Notes: a model not told the origin generated them from the letters alone. Counted from the first letter of the stretch, positions 10,735-23,368 are shown. The stretch: 64,000 nucleotides of DNA from Lepidodermella squamata (GCA_047495785.1 JBLDXI010000021.1:930001-994000), one strand, 5' to 3'. Numbers and translations are program-made.

Positions 10735-13151
10735 ATGGACGTCATTAAGATATACCACGACGATCAAGTTGCGAACGTAAGTTTCTTTCTCTTCGAGAAA
10801 TGCTGCCAATCGGTCATATAATTCTATGGTTCCAGCTTTTCAAATGTAGAAATGGCTGTAGAGTCGACAGGTTCTCCGCGGAAACAAAAGTGTTGGATTG
10901 CGGTCACATGTTTTGCAACAACTGCGTTAAAAAATGCTCAACTAATTTTGGATACAGCCGCGAAAAAGCGACGTGCCCGGAATGCCAGGCTGAGACAATC
11001 CCTCAATACTGCTGTAATCAGTTACCAACATTTCTCAAGTTCAAGCTTGCACTATTATTTTTCTCCAGCTTTCGTGTCTAATCGAAAGGTTGGGGAAATC
11101 AAACGATATTTAATCAAAGCTGCCGACGAAGAAGGCCAGGAAAGTTACGAATGCAGTGAATGGCATGACCAGATCGGCGATATATGCCGACATCAAGGAT
11201 TGATTGTCGAGCCAAAAATCTGCACCCATTGCGATCAAAACTTTTGCCAATATTGCTTTTTCCGCCACGCCGAACGACTTCGAATCGAAGCTGCGTGGTT
11301 TTCACAAAATGTAAATTTTAAAATTAATTTTTTTTTTAAATTTGAAATTTAAATTTTTAAATTCAAAATTCAGTATTTAAAATTCAAAATTCAAATTCAA
11401 TTTAAATGAAATAAAAAAATTTGAAATGTTTAAATATTGATGTAATTAAATTTTCTTAATTACTTTTCAAATATTGACCTGAATTTTTTTCAAATAAAAC
11501 ATGATTTCTCTCTTGTCAAAGTTCAAAAAACGATGGGAACCAGCAAGCCAATGGGTCAAAAGCAATGCGCCATCCTTAGCAGAATCTGTCCGAGACCAGG
11601 TCAAGAAAGCTAAGGAGGACTTGCAACTTGCTTGCGAAAAGTTCGAGCAGAAAATACTGGCTGAAATTAGGAATTACAGAAATTGCCTACTCAAAGAACT
11701 CGACGAGCACGAAGCGAAACATTTAGCAGAAATCGATCGCCTGAACGATTTTGCTAAAACCAACCCTGAAGTTGACCCGGGCCGCAAAATTGCTGAAATA
11801 AACGCAGCTCCTTTGAGCCAAGTTTCGCCCAATGATGTACTAGCGTTGCATGATCGAGTACGCGAATACGAAAATAACTTGATGGTGATTGAAAAATTAG
11901 CAGCAAATGGCTCGACTTCGATTGGCGAAATAAAGTTCTCTACTGGTGACTTTTCGATAGATTTCGATGATTTTTCCGGGCAAATTGGCGATATTGACGA
12001 AGAAATCACGCAGTTCGAAGCTGAAAAGGTTCGTTCGACAAAATCGAATCGGAAAAATTCTATTATTTCCCTAGGTTCCAAGAATGGCAGCTGAATTTCA
12101 CGATTTTGTGGAAAAGGGCGATTTGGCTAAAATAAAGGCTTTGATTTCAAATTTGCCGCCACACTGCGCGCGCTATCTGGCGGAAAGCGTTGACATTGCC
12201 AGCAAAACAACTGCCCTCCACAAGGCAGCTAAACACGGCTACTACGACATTGTTTGTTACCTTGTTGAAGAAATTGGCGCTAATATGTTAGCTTACGAGG
12301 ATATTCAAAAAGTCTACCACGACTATCACAAACGCGAGACCGCTCGGCCGATTCATCACGCGGCTAGGAAGGGCCATTTCGAAATTGTCGAATTTCTGTG
12401 TCTGAAAATTTACGAAAATTCTAAGCTGTTGGACTGGGAGAAAAATACGCCTCTGCTTTTAGCCGCAGCGTCTGGCCACCTTAAAATTGTTGAATTTTTG
12501 TTGAATGAAATGAAGGCTGATGTCGAACATAAAAATGAAAACGGGAAAACCGCGATAATTTCGGCCGCTGAAAATGGCCATATCGAAATTGTGAAATTTC
12601 TCATCGACTACGGAGTTGATTTTCGTAAAACTGATAAGATAAATTGGTCGCCTCTTCACTACGCTGCAAGTCGGAATGATCTTAATTTGGCGGAAATTTT
12701 ACTGGTAAAAGATCCGAATTTTCTGGTTTACCCCGCGGAGGATACTTTCGGCGGGACTCCGATAATGGCTGCCGCTTCTGCGAATTCAATCGAAGTTCTC
12801 AAGTTTTTCCTTAGCTTGCCGAATTACACCATCAACAGTGGGGATGATAAAAACGTCACCGCCTTAATTTGCGCTGCTGAAAATGGCCATTTGGAGTGTG
12901 TGAAATTGCAGCTGGAAAAAGGCGCTGATGCATCGATTTGCAAGGTCGACAAAAGAAAGGGCCGACTGGAAGGCGCGGCGATTCACCTGGCGGCTGCGAA
13001 TGGCCATCTAGCTGTTGTTGAATATCTAGCGGTGAGATATCCTGATGAGGTCACAGTGTCAATCGAGGGTCACCGCACTGCGATTGATTTCGCGAGAGAA
13101 AAAGGTCATAAGGACATTGTTCAGTTTCTTAACAATTTCACAAATCACTAG
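10735..13151 (+). CDS. TRIM-like RING-B-box-coiled-coil protein with C-terminal ankyrin repeats
   Basis: RING (CRNGC...CGHMFCNNC...CPEC), B-box-like segment (CRHQ...CTHCDQNFCQYCFFRH) and coiled coil (11501-12028). Phase-0 intron 12029-12074 joins in frame to the ankyrin ORF (TALHKAAKHG, TPLLLAAASGHLKIVEFLL, TALICAAENGHLECVK). Confidence 0.8.
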
Positions 13152-13944
13152 CGCTTGTTTTTTCACGAATTTTCTTACGCTTTTTGCTGTTATCAAATAA
13201 AACATGATATATAAGGAGTGCGACTTTGAAAATTTGTTGAAATAGCGGGGTCAATATAGCAAATGCAGCCGTTTTTCTAAGACAATTCATAGATCAACGA
13301 TTGATCAACGAACATCCGTAAACAAGGTTCAGAAAAAGGTTCAGAAAAAAGGTTCAGCAATTTTGGTATTGTAGCTACTGTATTCAGCTGTTTGGTATTC
13401 AGCTACTGTAAATTAGAGTGTGATAGCTTGAAAGATGGGATCTCGGAAAATGGCATATATGATTTCAATTTATATGAGACGGATTAGGTTTAGCAGCCCC
13501 AGAAGTTCTACCGAAAATAATTAATTTCGAAAATGTCATCATAACTTTACCTGTAATGTCTTGTCTCGAAATAGGTATTGATGTTCATTGTACGCATCCA
13601 GACCTTCCTTTTCTTGGGCTATCCAACGGTATCCCACTCATCTGGTCTTTACCTTATCACCTTCAATTTTTGATATGCCAAAGTCACCGCATTATGGCAA
13701 GTCAAAGTCACCCCAATTTATGGTACCTGTTTCCATCGAATTTCCTCTGCAATTTTCATTCTTGTTTAACTTTTGATTAGCATTCTTATAAGTCATTCTT
13801 AACTCCCCAATGCCATATAAATCTGAAATGGCCTCTCATTTCAGGCTTTCTCATCTTGGCTGCTTCATCATACATACTTCAATCAATAAATCGCAAAATT
13901 ATTATTCCAGTTTTATTATTTAAAAAATACATCACATATCACAT

Positions 13945-16197
13945 TCATCTCGTAAGATAGTCGATGTTTCGTCGCAGATTAGCCGTGATATCGCGGCAGG
14001 CCGGGTAAGTCTTGAACATGTCAGCATAACGTCGATCAATTTGACACAAGGTCGCCAATAATCGACCAACCGCCAGGGCCGCAACCATTCGATCCTGGTT
14101 AACCCCACGCCGGAACGAACCAGTCTCTCCAGCCATAAACGAAGCCATATTTTCGACGAATTTTTGACGCTGAGCCGGGTTGGCAATCCAGCCAACTTCA
14201 GCTAAATTCACTAATGGCTTTTCGATAGATGGCCGCGTTATCATCGCATTAAAAGCCAACGCCAGATTAGCCAGTAAATAATAGTTGTAAAGTGCACCGG
14301 GTTGCTTCAAAAGCTGCTCTTCCAAGTCACGAAAAACTTCCTTCCCAGCTGATTTCATGATCATAGGCGCCTTTTCACCCAATCGTTTCAGGATGCCATC
14401 ACTAGGATATCTCAAACAGCCAGAAAAGAGGAAGCGATCTGTTAATTCGATCGCCGTTCGATTATTAAAGACTGCATCTACCAGCTTAGATTTGTTGAAG
14501 ACAAAATCAGCAAAGTCATTCCGAGAAACAGCGACTAGTTTGGCGATTATCGAAGTCATAAATTTAATATCATCCTTCTTTTCAAAAAAGCGATCATTTT
14601 TTTCGCAGCCTAACAGGAACAAACGCGTCGCCTCGACAACGGGGGCCGTGAATTCTTTCCAAGTTGTCAGCAATTCCAGCTGCTGATTCGAGACTTTGCG
14701 ATGGGTGATGATGCCATGCAGAAGTTCGATGATCTCCGTGAGTTCATCATCCGACATGTCAGGGTCGATGTCAAGCAGATTGTCGGCGAAAAACTTCAAC
14801 CGCGTAGCAAGATGAACGAATAAGAACTTGTTTTTGATGAAAAACGGCACGACTTTCGATCCTAGCTGTTCGACCAAGCCTAGAGGTAAGAAGATACTGT
14901 CCCAAACTGCGCCCATACCAACAACAGTCAACTGATTTGGGTCATAATGATGTTCATTCGAGCCATCGTCATCGATTGTTAGGGCGAGTTTATGCTCGGC
15001 GAAAGAAATTGCGAGCAAAACAAGCCAGACATCGAATGGCTTCGCGAATTCATTGTCAGTCATCATCCACTTCGGAAAGTAGGGCTGAATTGTACCTTCC
15101 TTGGCTCCGTACGAAAATCGCTCGGGTATTAAGGTTAGATCGCACTCGAGACCTACTTTTGGGCTGATTTTCTTCGGATGTTGCTTGGTGCCGCTGAAAA
15201 TCATTGAGGTGCTGAATTCGCTAAACCAAGGAAATTCACTGAGAACCGGCTGGACCAGTTCCCAATTGTCCTCGCACGTTATTTCAGGCGGGATGCGAAT
15301 CAAATCGATGAATTCGCGAAGTAATGGATCGAAGGCGCCAATTTTACTGCTAGCCATCTTCATTAAAACTTCACGATAAGTAAACGCAAAGCCGAGCCTT
15401 TGAATAATGCAGGCAAAGAAAATCGGCTGTTCCATGCAAAAGATTGAATCTTCGCTAACTTTAGAAGGTTTCACAAGTCGGAACAAAATTACAGATAAAT
15501 GAAGTTCGTGGAGACTGAGCAGATCTGGGCGTGAATTGGCCATCAAATCAGTCGATAAGTAGCGATTTTTAGATAATTCCAAACCGAAATGACGACTCTT
15601 CAGCTTAGCTGTTCGGCCCTCGCCGAGTGGTAACAGGTAATTGGAAGCATGAGCGACGTGATACAAGCTCTTGATAACAGGAATTTTCGATGTTTTCGGG
15701 TTCTCAATTGCAAGAACAAGGTCAAGGGCTTCCTTCATACTGGCTGCATCATTGGCATTGGGCGATCCTGACTGGAAGCCAAGTTTTCGATAGCAATCGG
15801 CTGTTCTTTGATCAAACCAAGAATTGTCGTAGTTGTAGTAGAATTTTCCCAAGAAACACAAAGCAACTGCCTCGTCGAACCGCTCAAGCTGTTGCAGAAT
15901 CTCAACGCTCTCTTTCAATGGATCGACATCGTATGCCATTTGCAGAGACGCAGCTTCGTAGAATTTGTTCACTGCATCTTCTAAGTGACCGTTTTGATGT
16001 GATTCGCGGGCTTGCTGCTCCAAGGCAATCCTTTCTTGCCGACGTTTTTCAACCGCGCAACGACCACCAGCGGCTCGAACTCGAATTTCATCGCAGAACT
16101 TGTTGACATCAGACCGGTTCTTTAGACTCGACAGAATTTTGTAAACATCTTCCGAGCTCGGCTGAATATTAGCGCCAAAAATCAATTCAAAGGACAT
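13945..16197 (-). CDS. Intronless 750-aa protein of unknown function, TPR-like N-terminus and probably alpha-helical
   Basis: Long ATG-initiated ORF with AATAAA downstream on the minus strand. Residues ~55-140 look TPR-like (ARESHQNGHLEDAVNKFYEAASL; LQQLERFDEAVALC; RTADCYRKLG). I do not recognise the rest. Confidence 0.75.
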   Translation of the reverse strand: MSFELIFGANIQPSSEDVYKILSSLKNRSDVNKFCDEIRVRAAGGRCAVEKRRQERIALEQQARESHQNGHLEDAVNKFYEAASLQMAYDVDPLKESVEILQQLERFDEAVALCFLGKFYYNYDNSWFDQRTADCYRKLGFQSGSPNANDAASMKEALDLVLAIENPKTSKIPVIKSLYHVAHASNYLLPLGEGRTAKLKSRHFGLELSKNRYLSTDLMANSRPDLLSLHELHLSVILFRLVKPSKVSEDSIFCMEQPIFFACIIQRLGFAFTYREVLMKMASSKIGAFDPLLREFIDLIRIPPEITCEDNWELVQPVLSEFPWFSEFSTSMIFSGTKQHPKKISPKVGLECDLTLIPERFSYGAKEGTIQPYFPKWMMTDNEFAKPFDVWLVLLAISFAEHKLALTIDDDGSNEHHYDPNQLTVVGMGAVWDSIFLPLGLVEQLGSKVVPFFIKNKFLFVHLATRLKFFADNLLDIDPDMSDDELTEIIELLHGIITHRKVSNQQLELLTTWKEFTAPVVEATRLFLLGCEKNDRFFEKKDDIKFMTSIIAKLVAVSRNDFADFVFNKSKLVDAVFNNRTAIELTDRFLFSGCLRYPSDGILKRLGEKAPMIMKSAGKEVFRDLEEQLLKQPGALYNYYLLANLALAFNAMITRPSIEKPLVNLAEVGWIANPAQRQKFVENMASFMAGETGSFRRGVNQDRMVAALAVGRLLATLCQIDRRYADMFKTYPACRDITANLRRNIDYLTR

Positions 16198-17340
16198 ATT
16201 CAGAGGATTTCGACCAACACAACCAACACTCTTATCAAGAATTGTGTAGCAATTGAGCCGTTTTTTTTCTTTTTTTTCGATGCGCGTGCTTTATTGGCCT
16301 CATGCGACAGAACAATTAGATTACGCAATCGCTCGACGAATTCTTTCAGAATCCTTGACAAGTGAAAATTAGGAGTTTAATATTCAATGGCATCGAGTAT
16401 ATCAAATACTCTCTGCAAAAGTTGTGTAATAATTGGTTGTATGCTATCCGCAATTTTTTGCGCGACAAAAAATTAGCAAGTCGAACTTGGGGCAAATTAA
16501 AAATTAACGCGTAGAAGCTAAAAAATCAGGGTTTGGTTTTTTTTAACCTCAAAGCCAGTCACAGTCAATGAATCACTTCGCTCTATAATCGTAGCTCTTT
16601 CCTTCGTCGCGCTTGTTGAATTTTCATTTCGCAATTTTTGGTTGCGAAGAACCAATCGTAATAAAACTAATCAATTATAAGTTTGCCATTATTTTCGTCC
16701 GTTTTCATTATTTTTTACCCAGTTTTAAGATCAGATTGCGCCAATGAACCTTTATGAATCATTGCAACTACTTGGATTCATAGCAGCGGGACAATGGGCT
16801 TATTTGTGACCGGTGGATACAATCGGATAAGCTTGAGAGTCGATGAAAATCGAGACAAAAAGCAATCGATAAAGTCTACCTCCGTAGCATTGAAGAAGCA
16901 CGTGGTGTTTTTGTATGAAAAAAGACGTCGCACCATTGACGTCGTAAAAGAAAATACCCGGCGCATAAAAAAAATCCTGGCTGTAGTAAGTAAAAAACAG
17001 CAGCTTGTGCCTGCGTTTTATCAAAGCTCACGCAGTTGCTTAGCGCCTTCATTATTAATGGCGCGAATCCACATGAGAGATAGCAGACTTTAGACATTAC
17101 AAGATTTCAATGAAAGAAATCAGGCAACAGAAACGGCGCGCTGGGCCTGCTGGCAAGCTCTTACTGCCATCAATTGTCGAGGTATAGGACATTATAAAAG
17201 ACTTTAAATTAGGAAAATATTTATACGTCGCTTATGCGCTCCATTAAAAAAATTGGAACGCCTCATTTCATTGCGTCAAGTGCTATTCAGTTTTTTATTC
17301 CAAGTTTTAAACGCGTTTATTCATCATTATACAGCTTGGA

Positions 17341-18237
17341 ATGGCTGAGTCTAGCGCAAATAGCGATTTAAGATTTTCGAAGACACAGCGAATCGAATCG
17401 GCGTTGAATGGCCGCATGAAAAGCGCGAATATTCGCGTTCTTCGCGCGATGCAAGTCGACGCTGCTTTCTCGGACTTCACCCGTCTTCTCGTTGAAACAA
17501 TGCTCAATGTGTGGCGCAAATTGGAGGAACCGAATCGTAGTACAGAGCTTGCGGCAATGAGTAGATTCGTCAACGAACTCGACATTTACAACCCGCAGTC
17601 GGTCGAGAAGTGCCTGTATTTCGCCCTCGTTTCGCCTAATGTTCGCAACATTGGCAAAGCTTTAAGTCTTTTAATTCCGATCGGTGATAAAATTTTTACG
17701 AACGCAATTTCAAATTGGGCAACAGCCGCCTTCGCTAACAGCAACATTATTCATGGAAATGGCATGTTTTTAACGAACCAACAACGACTGCAGGACTTGA
17801 TTATGTTTCGAGGCGATTTATCTCACGGCCGGCTGCTTAGTAATGGCTCGAAAGACGATCATTTGATGGAGCAAGCGCAAAGAGCTGTGGCGGATTTTAA
17901 GGCTATCGGCGTGTCTCTGGCACTGCTCATCGAAAGAACGAGCGATCAAGCCGCGCGGCATCGCCAGTTCAATCAATTGTCGCTGTATAGTTTGAACAGC
18001 AATTCGTACTACAACGTGTACTTCCCGGCGGTTAGAGCGAAGAAAAACGCAGGCGACGCATTGAGCGATCGATCGTCGTATAGATCGCATGTCACGTGTT
18101 ATATTTGCGGTGAGCCGGGTCACATCGCGCCTCATTGCCGCAACGTCACTTGCTTCAAATGCCACCGGGTTGGGCACTTTGCGAACAAATGCCCACTGAG
18201 CAGGCAACGGCAACATGCCGAACACTATTATTACTGA
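17341..18237 (+). CDS. Intronless protein with a novel helical domain and two CCHC zinc knuckles
   Basis: CYICGEPGHIAPHC and CFKCHRVGHFANKC both fit CX2CX4HX4C. The N-terminal domain is shared with 19003-20001. Confidence 0.85.
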   Translation: MAESSANSDLRFSKTQRIESALNGRMKSANIRVLRAMQVDAAFSDFTRLLVETMLNVWRKLEEPNRSTELAAMSRFVNELDIYNPQSVEKCLYFALVSPNVRNIGKALSLLIPIGDKIFTNAISNWATAAFANSNIIHGNGMFLTNQQRLQDLIMFRGDLSHGRLLSNGSKDDHLMEQAQRAVADFKAIGVSLALLIERTSDQAARHRQFNQLSLYSLNSNSYYNVYFPAVRAKKNAGDALSDRSSYRSHVTCYICGEPGHIAPHCRNVTCFKCHRVGHFANKCPLSRQRQHAEHYYY

Positions 18238-19002
18238 AATGCCTCATCATTATCCTTGTAATTTCGATGAGTTCAAAGATTTTTTGATACTCGGTCGATT
18301 TTTTTACAAAATAAATTCCATGATTTCTAATAAAAATGTTTTTCATAAATTACTTGATTGTCTTTTGATGAGGAAAATCCCAGCATAACAAATTTCATCG
18401 AAACCACGCGATAAAAGGTCATTTTCCCATTTCTTAATTTTCATTCATGAATTCATGAATTTTCCTAATTTTTCAAATTAGTGCTTCGGATCTCGAGAGC
18501 GAATGCGAAATTTGTCTTGAAAAAATGGAAATAAAATAAAAACATCCTAATAGAAAAAGTATAACGCATTGTCTGGAAACTAGAAAACCCGATTTAAAAT
18601 CGGACTGTCGAGCAGTTTTATAAATTATTTAATTATTACGATAGGCAAACAATAGCGTATTTAAACATTTAAACTAGCCAGCCTATCTTTAGCTCACCCT
18701 TATTGAACTCGGCTGAATTCAGTATATCAATCTCGTTCGTTTTACATTGATCATACCGATACTTTTATAGTGCGCAGATACAGCGATTAAATTATTTAGA
18801 CCTTGGCTTTGTTTTAGTTACCAGGGTTCGCCATGGTCGATATAGTCAGCGGGGAAAAATTTATTCCACCTTAATCGATCCAGACGAAACACTTACATTC
18901 GTAACAATCACAAGGCTGCATGTCGATCGGAAAGCATTTATTTTCCTTGCTGGCTTATCGCGCTGAAACAATAGTAGATACATTTATACTATTGTAGAAA
19001 AA

Positions 19003-20001
19003 ATGGGTGAATTGAAGGTGGCTAAGTTTCTTCCTCAGTTAGTGCCGCCTCGGCACAGCAATAGCGTCCCGCTAATCAAAACTTCGACGGCATTCACAAC
19101 TCCGAGCCCGGTTAAATCAGCTTCGAAAAAGCACGTCCACGCCAGACTGATCGACACAGCATTCGCGCAGTTCACATCGGCCATAGTCGAATCTCTAATG
19201 TCATGTTGGCTCAAGTTGGAAACACCCTCTAGAAACGCGTCTCTCGCAGCTATCGCGAGGTTCGTGCAGGGCTTTGACATCTTTGATCCAGATTCACTGG
19301 AAAAATGCTTACATTATGCATTAAGCCTACCGAGCGCGAAAGCGATAACGAAAACAGCAAAGTTGCTACTACCGAGGCATGAATCGATTTTCAACAGCTC
19401 AATTTCAACATGGGCGGAGTCGAACATGGATACAAGTAAGGATGAAGACGTAGAGTCTGGGATCGAAAACACCGATCCGCCCGAGGAGACGTTACCAATC
19501 ACTAATGAAGGCCGTTTATCCGAGCTGATAAGCATCCGAGCTTTCTCAGCCCTCGAGGTGAAGCGAGGTCCTTTCATCTTCGTTTCTCAATCGAACGGCC
19601 GCAACTCTTTGGATGAGCCTATTCAGAGTATAACCAGTAAAATGGCAGTTGACGCCGCCGATGATTTCCGAAGGCTGGGCGCATCTCTAAAATCAGTCAT
19701 CGAACGAACTTGTGACGTCGTGCTGGATCGCGATAGGAAATCGGCTGATTCACCGAGTTCAGATAACGAAGTCGCTGGCTATCGGTCTCGTGTTGTTTGC
19801 GCGTTGTGCCTGCAGATGGGGCACATCGATCAAAACTGCCCGGATGCTTTGTTAGTAGCGCAACAGCAGCAAAATCAATCATGGCGGCCTGTTCGAAATG
19901 TGGTGAGATCAACGGCAAAGACGCCCGCTGGTGGGATGCGTCGGAAATCTTTAGATTCAAACATTGCATTTCTTAAATTGAAACTGACCACTTTACGTTG
20001 A
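19003..20001 (+). CDS. Paralog of 17341-18237 with one CCHC zinc knuckle
   Basis: IDTAFAQFTSAIVESLMSCWLKLETPSR...DIFDPDSLEKCLHYAL aligns with VDAAFSDFTRLLVETMLNVWRKLEEPNR...DIYNPQSVEKCLYFAL. Knuckle is CALCLQMGHIDQNC. Confidence 0.83.
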   Translation: MGELKVAKFLPQLVPPRHSNSVPLIKTSTAFTTPSPVKSASKKHVHARLIDTAFAQFTSAIVESLMSCWLKLETPSRNASLAAIARFVQGFDIFDPDSLEKCLHYALSLPSAKAITKTAKLLLPRHESIFNSSISTWAESNMDTSKDEDVESGIENTDPPEETLPITNEGRLSELISIRAFSALEVKRGPFIFVSQSNGRNSLDEPIQSITSKMAVDAADDFRRLGASLKSVIERTCDVVLDRDRKSADSPSSDNEVAGYRSRVVCALCLQMGHIDQNCPDALLVAQQQQNQSWRPVRNVVRSTAKTPAGGMRRKSLDSNIAFLKLKLTTLR

Positions 20002-20645
20002 TCTTTTAATTTTTATGACTAACAACGAACGTTAAACCCTTCGGACGGACAATACCTATATCGAACCTTCCACGTTTACGCGTTTTTGCTGTTTTTGCGC
20101 ATTGCGATTACTGATCCCGAAAATAATAAAAAATTTGACTGACTTTGGTTTCGACTCGGCTTTTATTAATGCGCATTGATCTCTGCCCGTGGAATCGGAC
20201 TTCACCTACGGCTTTGGGTTAGGAAATCAATATTCAGCCGATCACACCTTATTCTCACAGCTCATTTTTCCATTAACAATTTTTTTCCAATCAATAAAAT
20301 GCCGCCCCTTGGCTTTTACAAATGCCATGTATATTTAATTATTCTGAGAAAAAACGCTACAGTTTTATGGTAGATTCAAGGTGTTAGAGCCTTGCGCTTT
20401 ATTGCCAAATTGCAGCTTAAAATAATTAATAAACTGGTGAATTCCAAAAAATTATCCAACACAATTTCGTTTCGTTAAAAATAAAATTTTCCATTAAGCA
20501 AAACACATGAAATTTGGCTAAAATCGAAACTCGATCGTTTTAGGGAGGATAAAATATATAGAGTGACTGCACAGGGCTGACGACGTGAAAAGCTGAAATA
20601 AAATCTTACAACAATCAAAATGAGCAAAAATTAATTAAATAACAG

Positions 20646-22125
20646 TTAATCGATATCTACGGCAATGTGAACAATTGGCTGGCCGTTGTTATGAGCTCGT
20701 TCAGTTTTCGGCGAGTTGCAGAGATTCAGCGCCGCATTCGCTATCGCTGCCGCAATCGCCCGATCGGGATTACTACCGCCATTAGTAAGCTTCGGCTCAT
20801 CGGGAGCCAACTCGAACGCAGATGCATTCGCGATCGATTCTTCGGTCGATCTTCTTTCATCAATCGCAGCCGCTTGAGCTCCATCTAACAGTTGAGCTAA
20901 TTTTTCGGTTGAAACTACAACGCTAGGATCTTTCTGGTTCGAACTTTGAGGCTGCTGGTTCGGCGGGGATTCCGGTCGAATCGAGGTTGAAACTTCTGCA
21001 ACTGCCGCGACGGGAGACATGCTAGTATGAACATCGCTATCTGCCTTAACCAGCAATGGGCTAGATTCGCCAGCTGTTGGCGAGTTCAGCCCTTGGATTG
21101 AGAGTAGTCCTTGCTTATCGTCAACCCTAGGCAACTCGACGTGGACGAGTGGGATGTTAGCTGGGGAGGCGAATGGGTCTGTCCTAGGTACATCATCCGG
21201 TGCTGTTGTGACAATCATAGGACACTCTGTTGTAGTAGTATAATCTCTCCTGATTGGGTCAGCAGAGAAAAGTAGCTTGTAAAGCAGAGCGGCACTGAGG
21301 GCGCCGATGATCGGCCCGACCCAGTACACCCAGTGATTCCCCCAAGAATTGGTGAAAACAGCCGGGGCGAAGGATCGAGCTGGGTTAAGGCTGCTTGTCG
21401 TGAGGGGGAAAGCGAACAAATGGCAGGCGAGGACGGCAAGACCGATGGTCAAAGGGATTGAACCATTGAGATCGGAACGATATTTGTCAGTCGATGCGAA
21501 ATAAGTTAAAACTACGACGAAAGTAGCCACAAGTTCAACCATCGCACCCCTCCCAGGGTCTAAAACATTCCGAGCAAAAATTAGAAAAAATTAGTTTAAG
21601 GAAGATCTTTCAACATACCAACATCTTGAGCTAGTGTAGTTAAACCAAGCTTCCCTCGATAATCGTCTGGAATGCAAAGCCTGAGAAGACCAGCACCAAC
21701 CAGGCTGCCCAATAATTGCCCGCCAATGTAGAGAAATGTCCGTACCAAAGTGATTCTCCCGGCTGCTAGCATTCCTATCGTTATAGCCGGGTTGAAATGG
21801 GCGCCGCTTATGTGGTACAAATTCCAAGTCGCCGTAGCAACTGCCAGCCCGAAGGCGAATGAAACTCGCAAAATTTTGCCTGTGACAAATAATTTCGATT
21901 TTTCAGGCTCGTCCATCGGCGCGTAATGCGGGAAAGAGTCGAAATTTCCCAGCAACATAGATCCACAACCTATGAATACGATAATTGCAACACCTGGAAA
22001 AATAAATATATTTTAATTGAATTTATTGAATTCAGGTAAAAGGTTTTACCAATGGCTTCGGCAGCAACAGCCCGCCATATTTGTTTCGTCGCAATTTTCT
22101 CGAAAATCCGATATTCGTCGCGCAT
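20646..22125 (-). CDS. Aquaporin (MIP family, classical AQP4-like) with long low-complexity C-tail, 3 exons
   Basis: [45 protein letters not shown]; two short introns. Confidence 0.92.
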
Positions 22126-23368
22126 TTTGAGAGAGCGGAAAAAATCAGAAGGTTTGCTGGTTCGCTGCGAGAGAAGTGTCCTACGTATCAACTATTCATA
22201 ATTCGATTTTCAATGACGTTATGCTATAACACATTTCTATACGCAAAACAACAGGAAAAATAGTGACATTAGAGTGGCCTCTTTTGCGGCTAAAATTATT
22301 CTCGAGGGGATTTTTGAAAAATGCACAAAAGTCCAGCCGGTTTTTTCTAGGTACGAGGCACGCGGTTTGAATGTGAAAATATTTGCAATTTTTATAACAA
22401 ATTATGAGCAATTTTTCATCCTATATGCAAGATAGACATCATGACTAGAATTTCCAATGTTGTATCTTTTTATTATTTGTTTAGCAAGCTTGAATAAACA
22501 ACAAAAAAGGGAGCGGCTATTCATAGGGCACTATAACTGATTTATTTTATCGATTTTGCAGTTATATAGCCCATGTTATTAGCAGGCGCTATAACTCATA
22601 GACGGCAGTAATAATAGCTTATGTGCAAGTGTGCATGTGTGTATAGTTTTGAGAAACAAACAAAACAAGATCGAACTTTGGCTATTTATATTGTTCAGCC
22701 GCTCAGCCCATATATACAGATGTGTGATGGCGACCGGGCTAAAAATTGCTATGTAATATGATAGAATATTTTAATCAAAAATGATCAATCCGCGAGCGCG
22801 CCGCGGCCGCGGCGGATTAAGGCGGCGGGCGCGGCCGTGACGGCGAAACGCGTCAACAACGCGCACGCGGAAAAGGGGGACGTTTCGATAAATTTGCGCC
22901 GCAGTTTTCATCGTTATTGCTTCGCATTCTACTCATAAACTACTACTATTTGCTCGCTCGTTTTGCGTCTTGATTTTGACAAAAATAACGCGCGGTCTCC
23001 TAAACTGAGAGAGAAATGTTGACTGCCTAATTTTCGCTTTTCTATCCTTTCGATCATAATGTTGCCATTCTTGAATGTTCTGAAAATTCGGGGGCGGGCG
23101 TGGAAGAACTGGAAAACTATGGACATAGGTTTGCGTGGAATTACTAGGAAAGAGACACTCAATTTGTTGCGCAGTAGACCTCAGCAGCGATGAAATCAGT
23201 CATATGGATTGTTGATAACAAGAAATTAGCAACATTCGTTCAAGTTCATTGATAATTTGATAATGACCATCAGGAACTCAATACCTGTCATGTTACATTC
23301 TGACTTTGTTATGTCAATTCAATGCTTCCCCAAAACCTGTGAGTTACTGCTCAAATCATGTGGTTCTT

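Noticed and set aside
13321-13860. Short AAGGTTCAG repeats and a possible weak inverted repeat
   Set aside because: Too short and degenerate to define termini or a TSD by eye.
16778-17097. Cluster of overlapping short ORFs on both strands
   Set aside because: No recognisable motif, splice structure or paralog. Treated as intergenic.
17341-20001. Intact LTR retrotransposon
   Set aside because: No protease, RT or integrase ORF and no LTR pair seen. Each ORF is followed by its own AATAAA.
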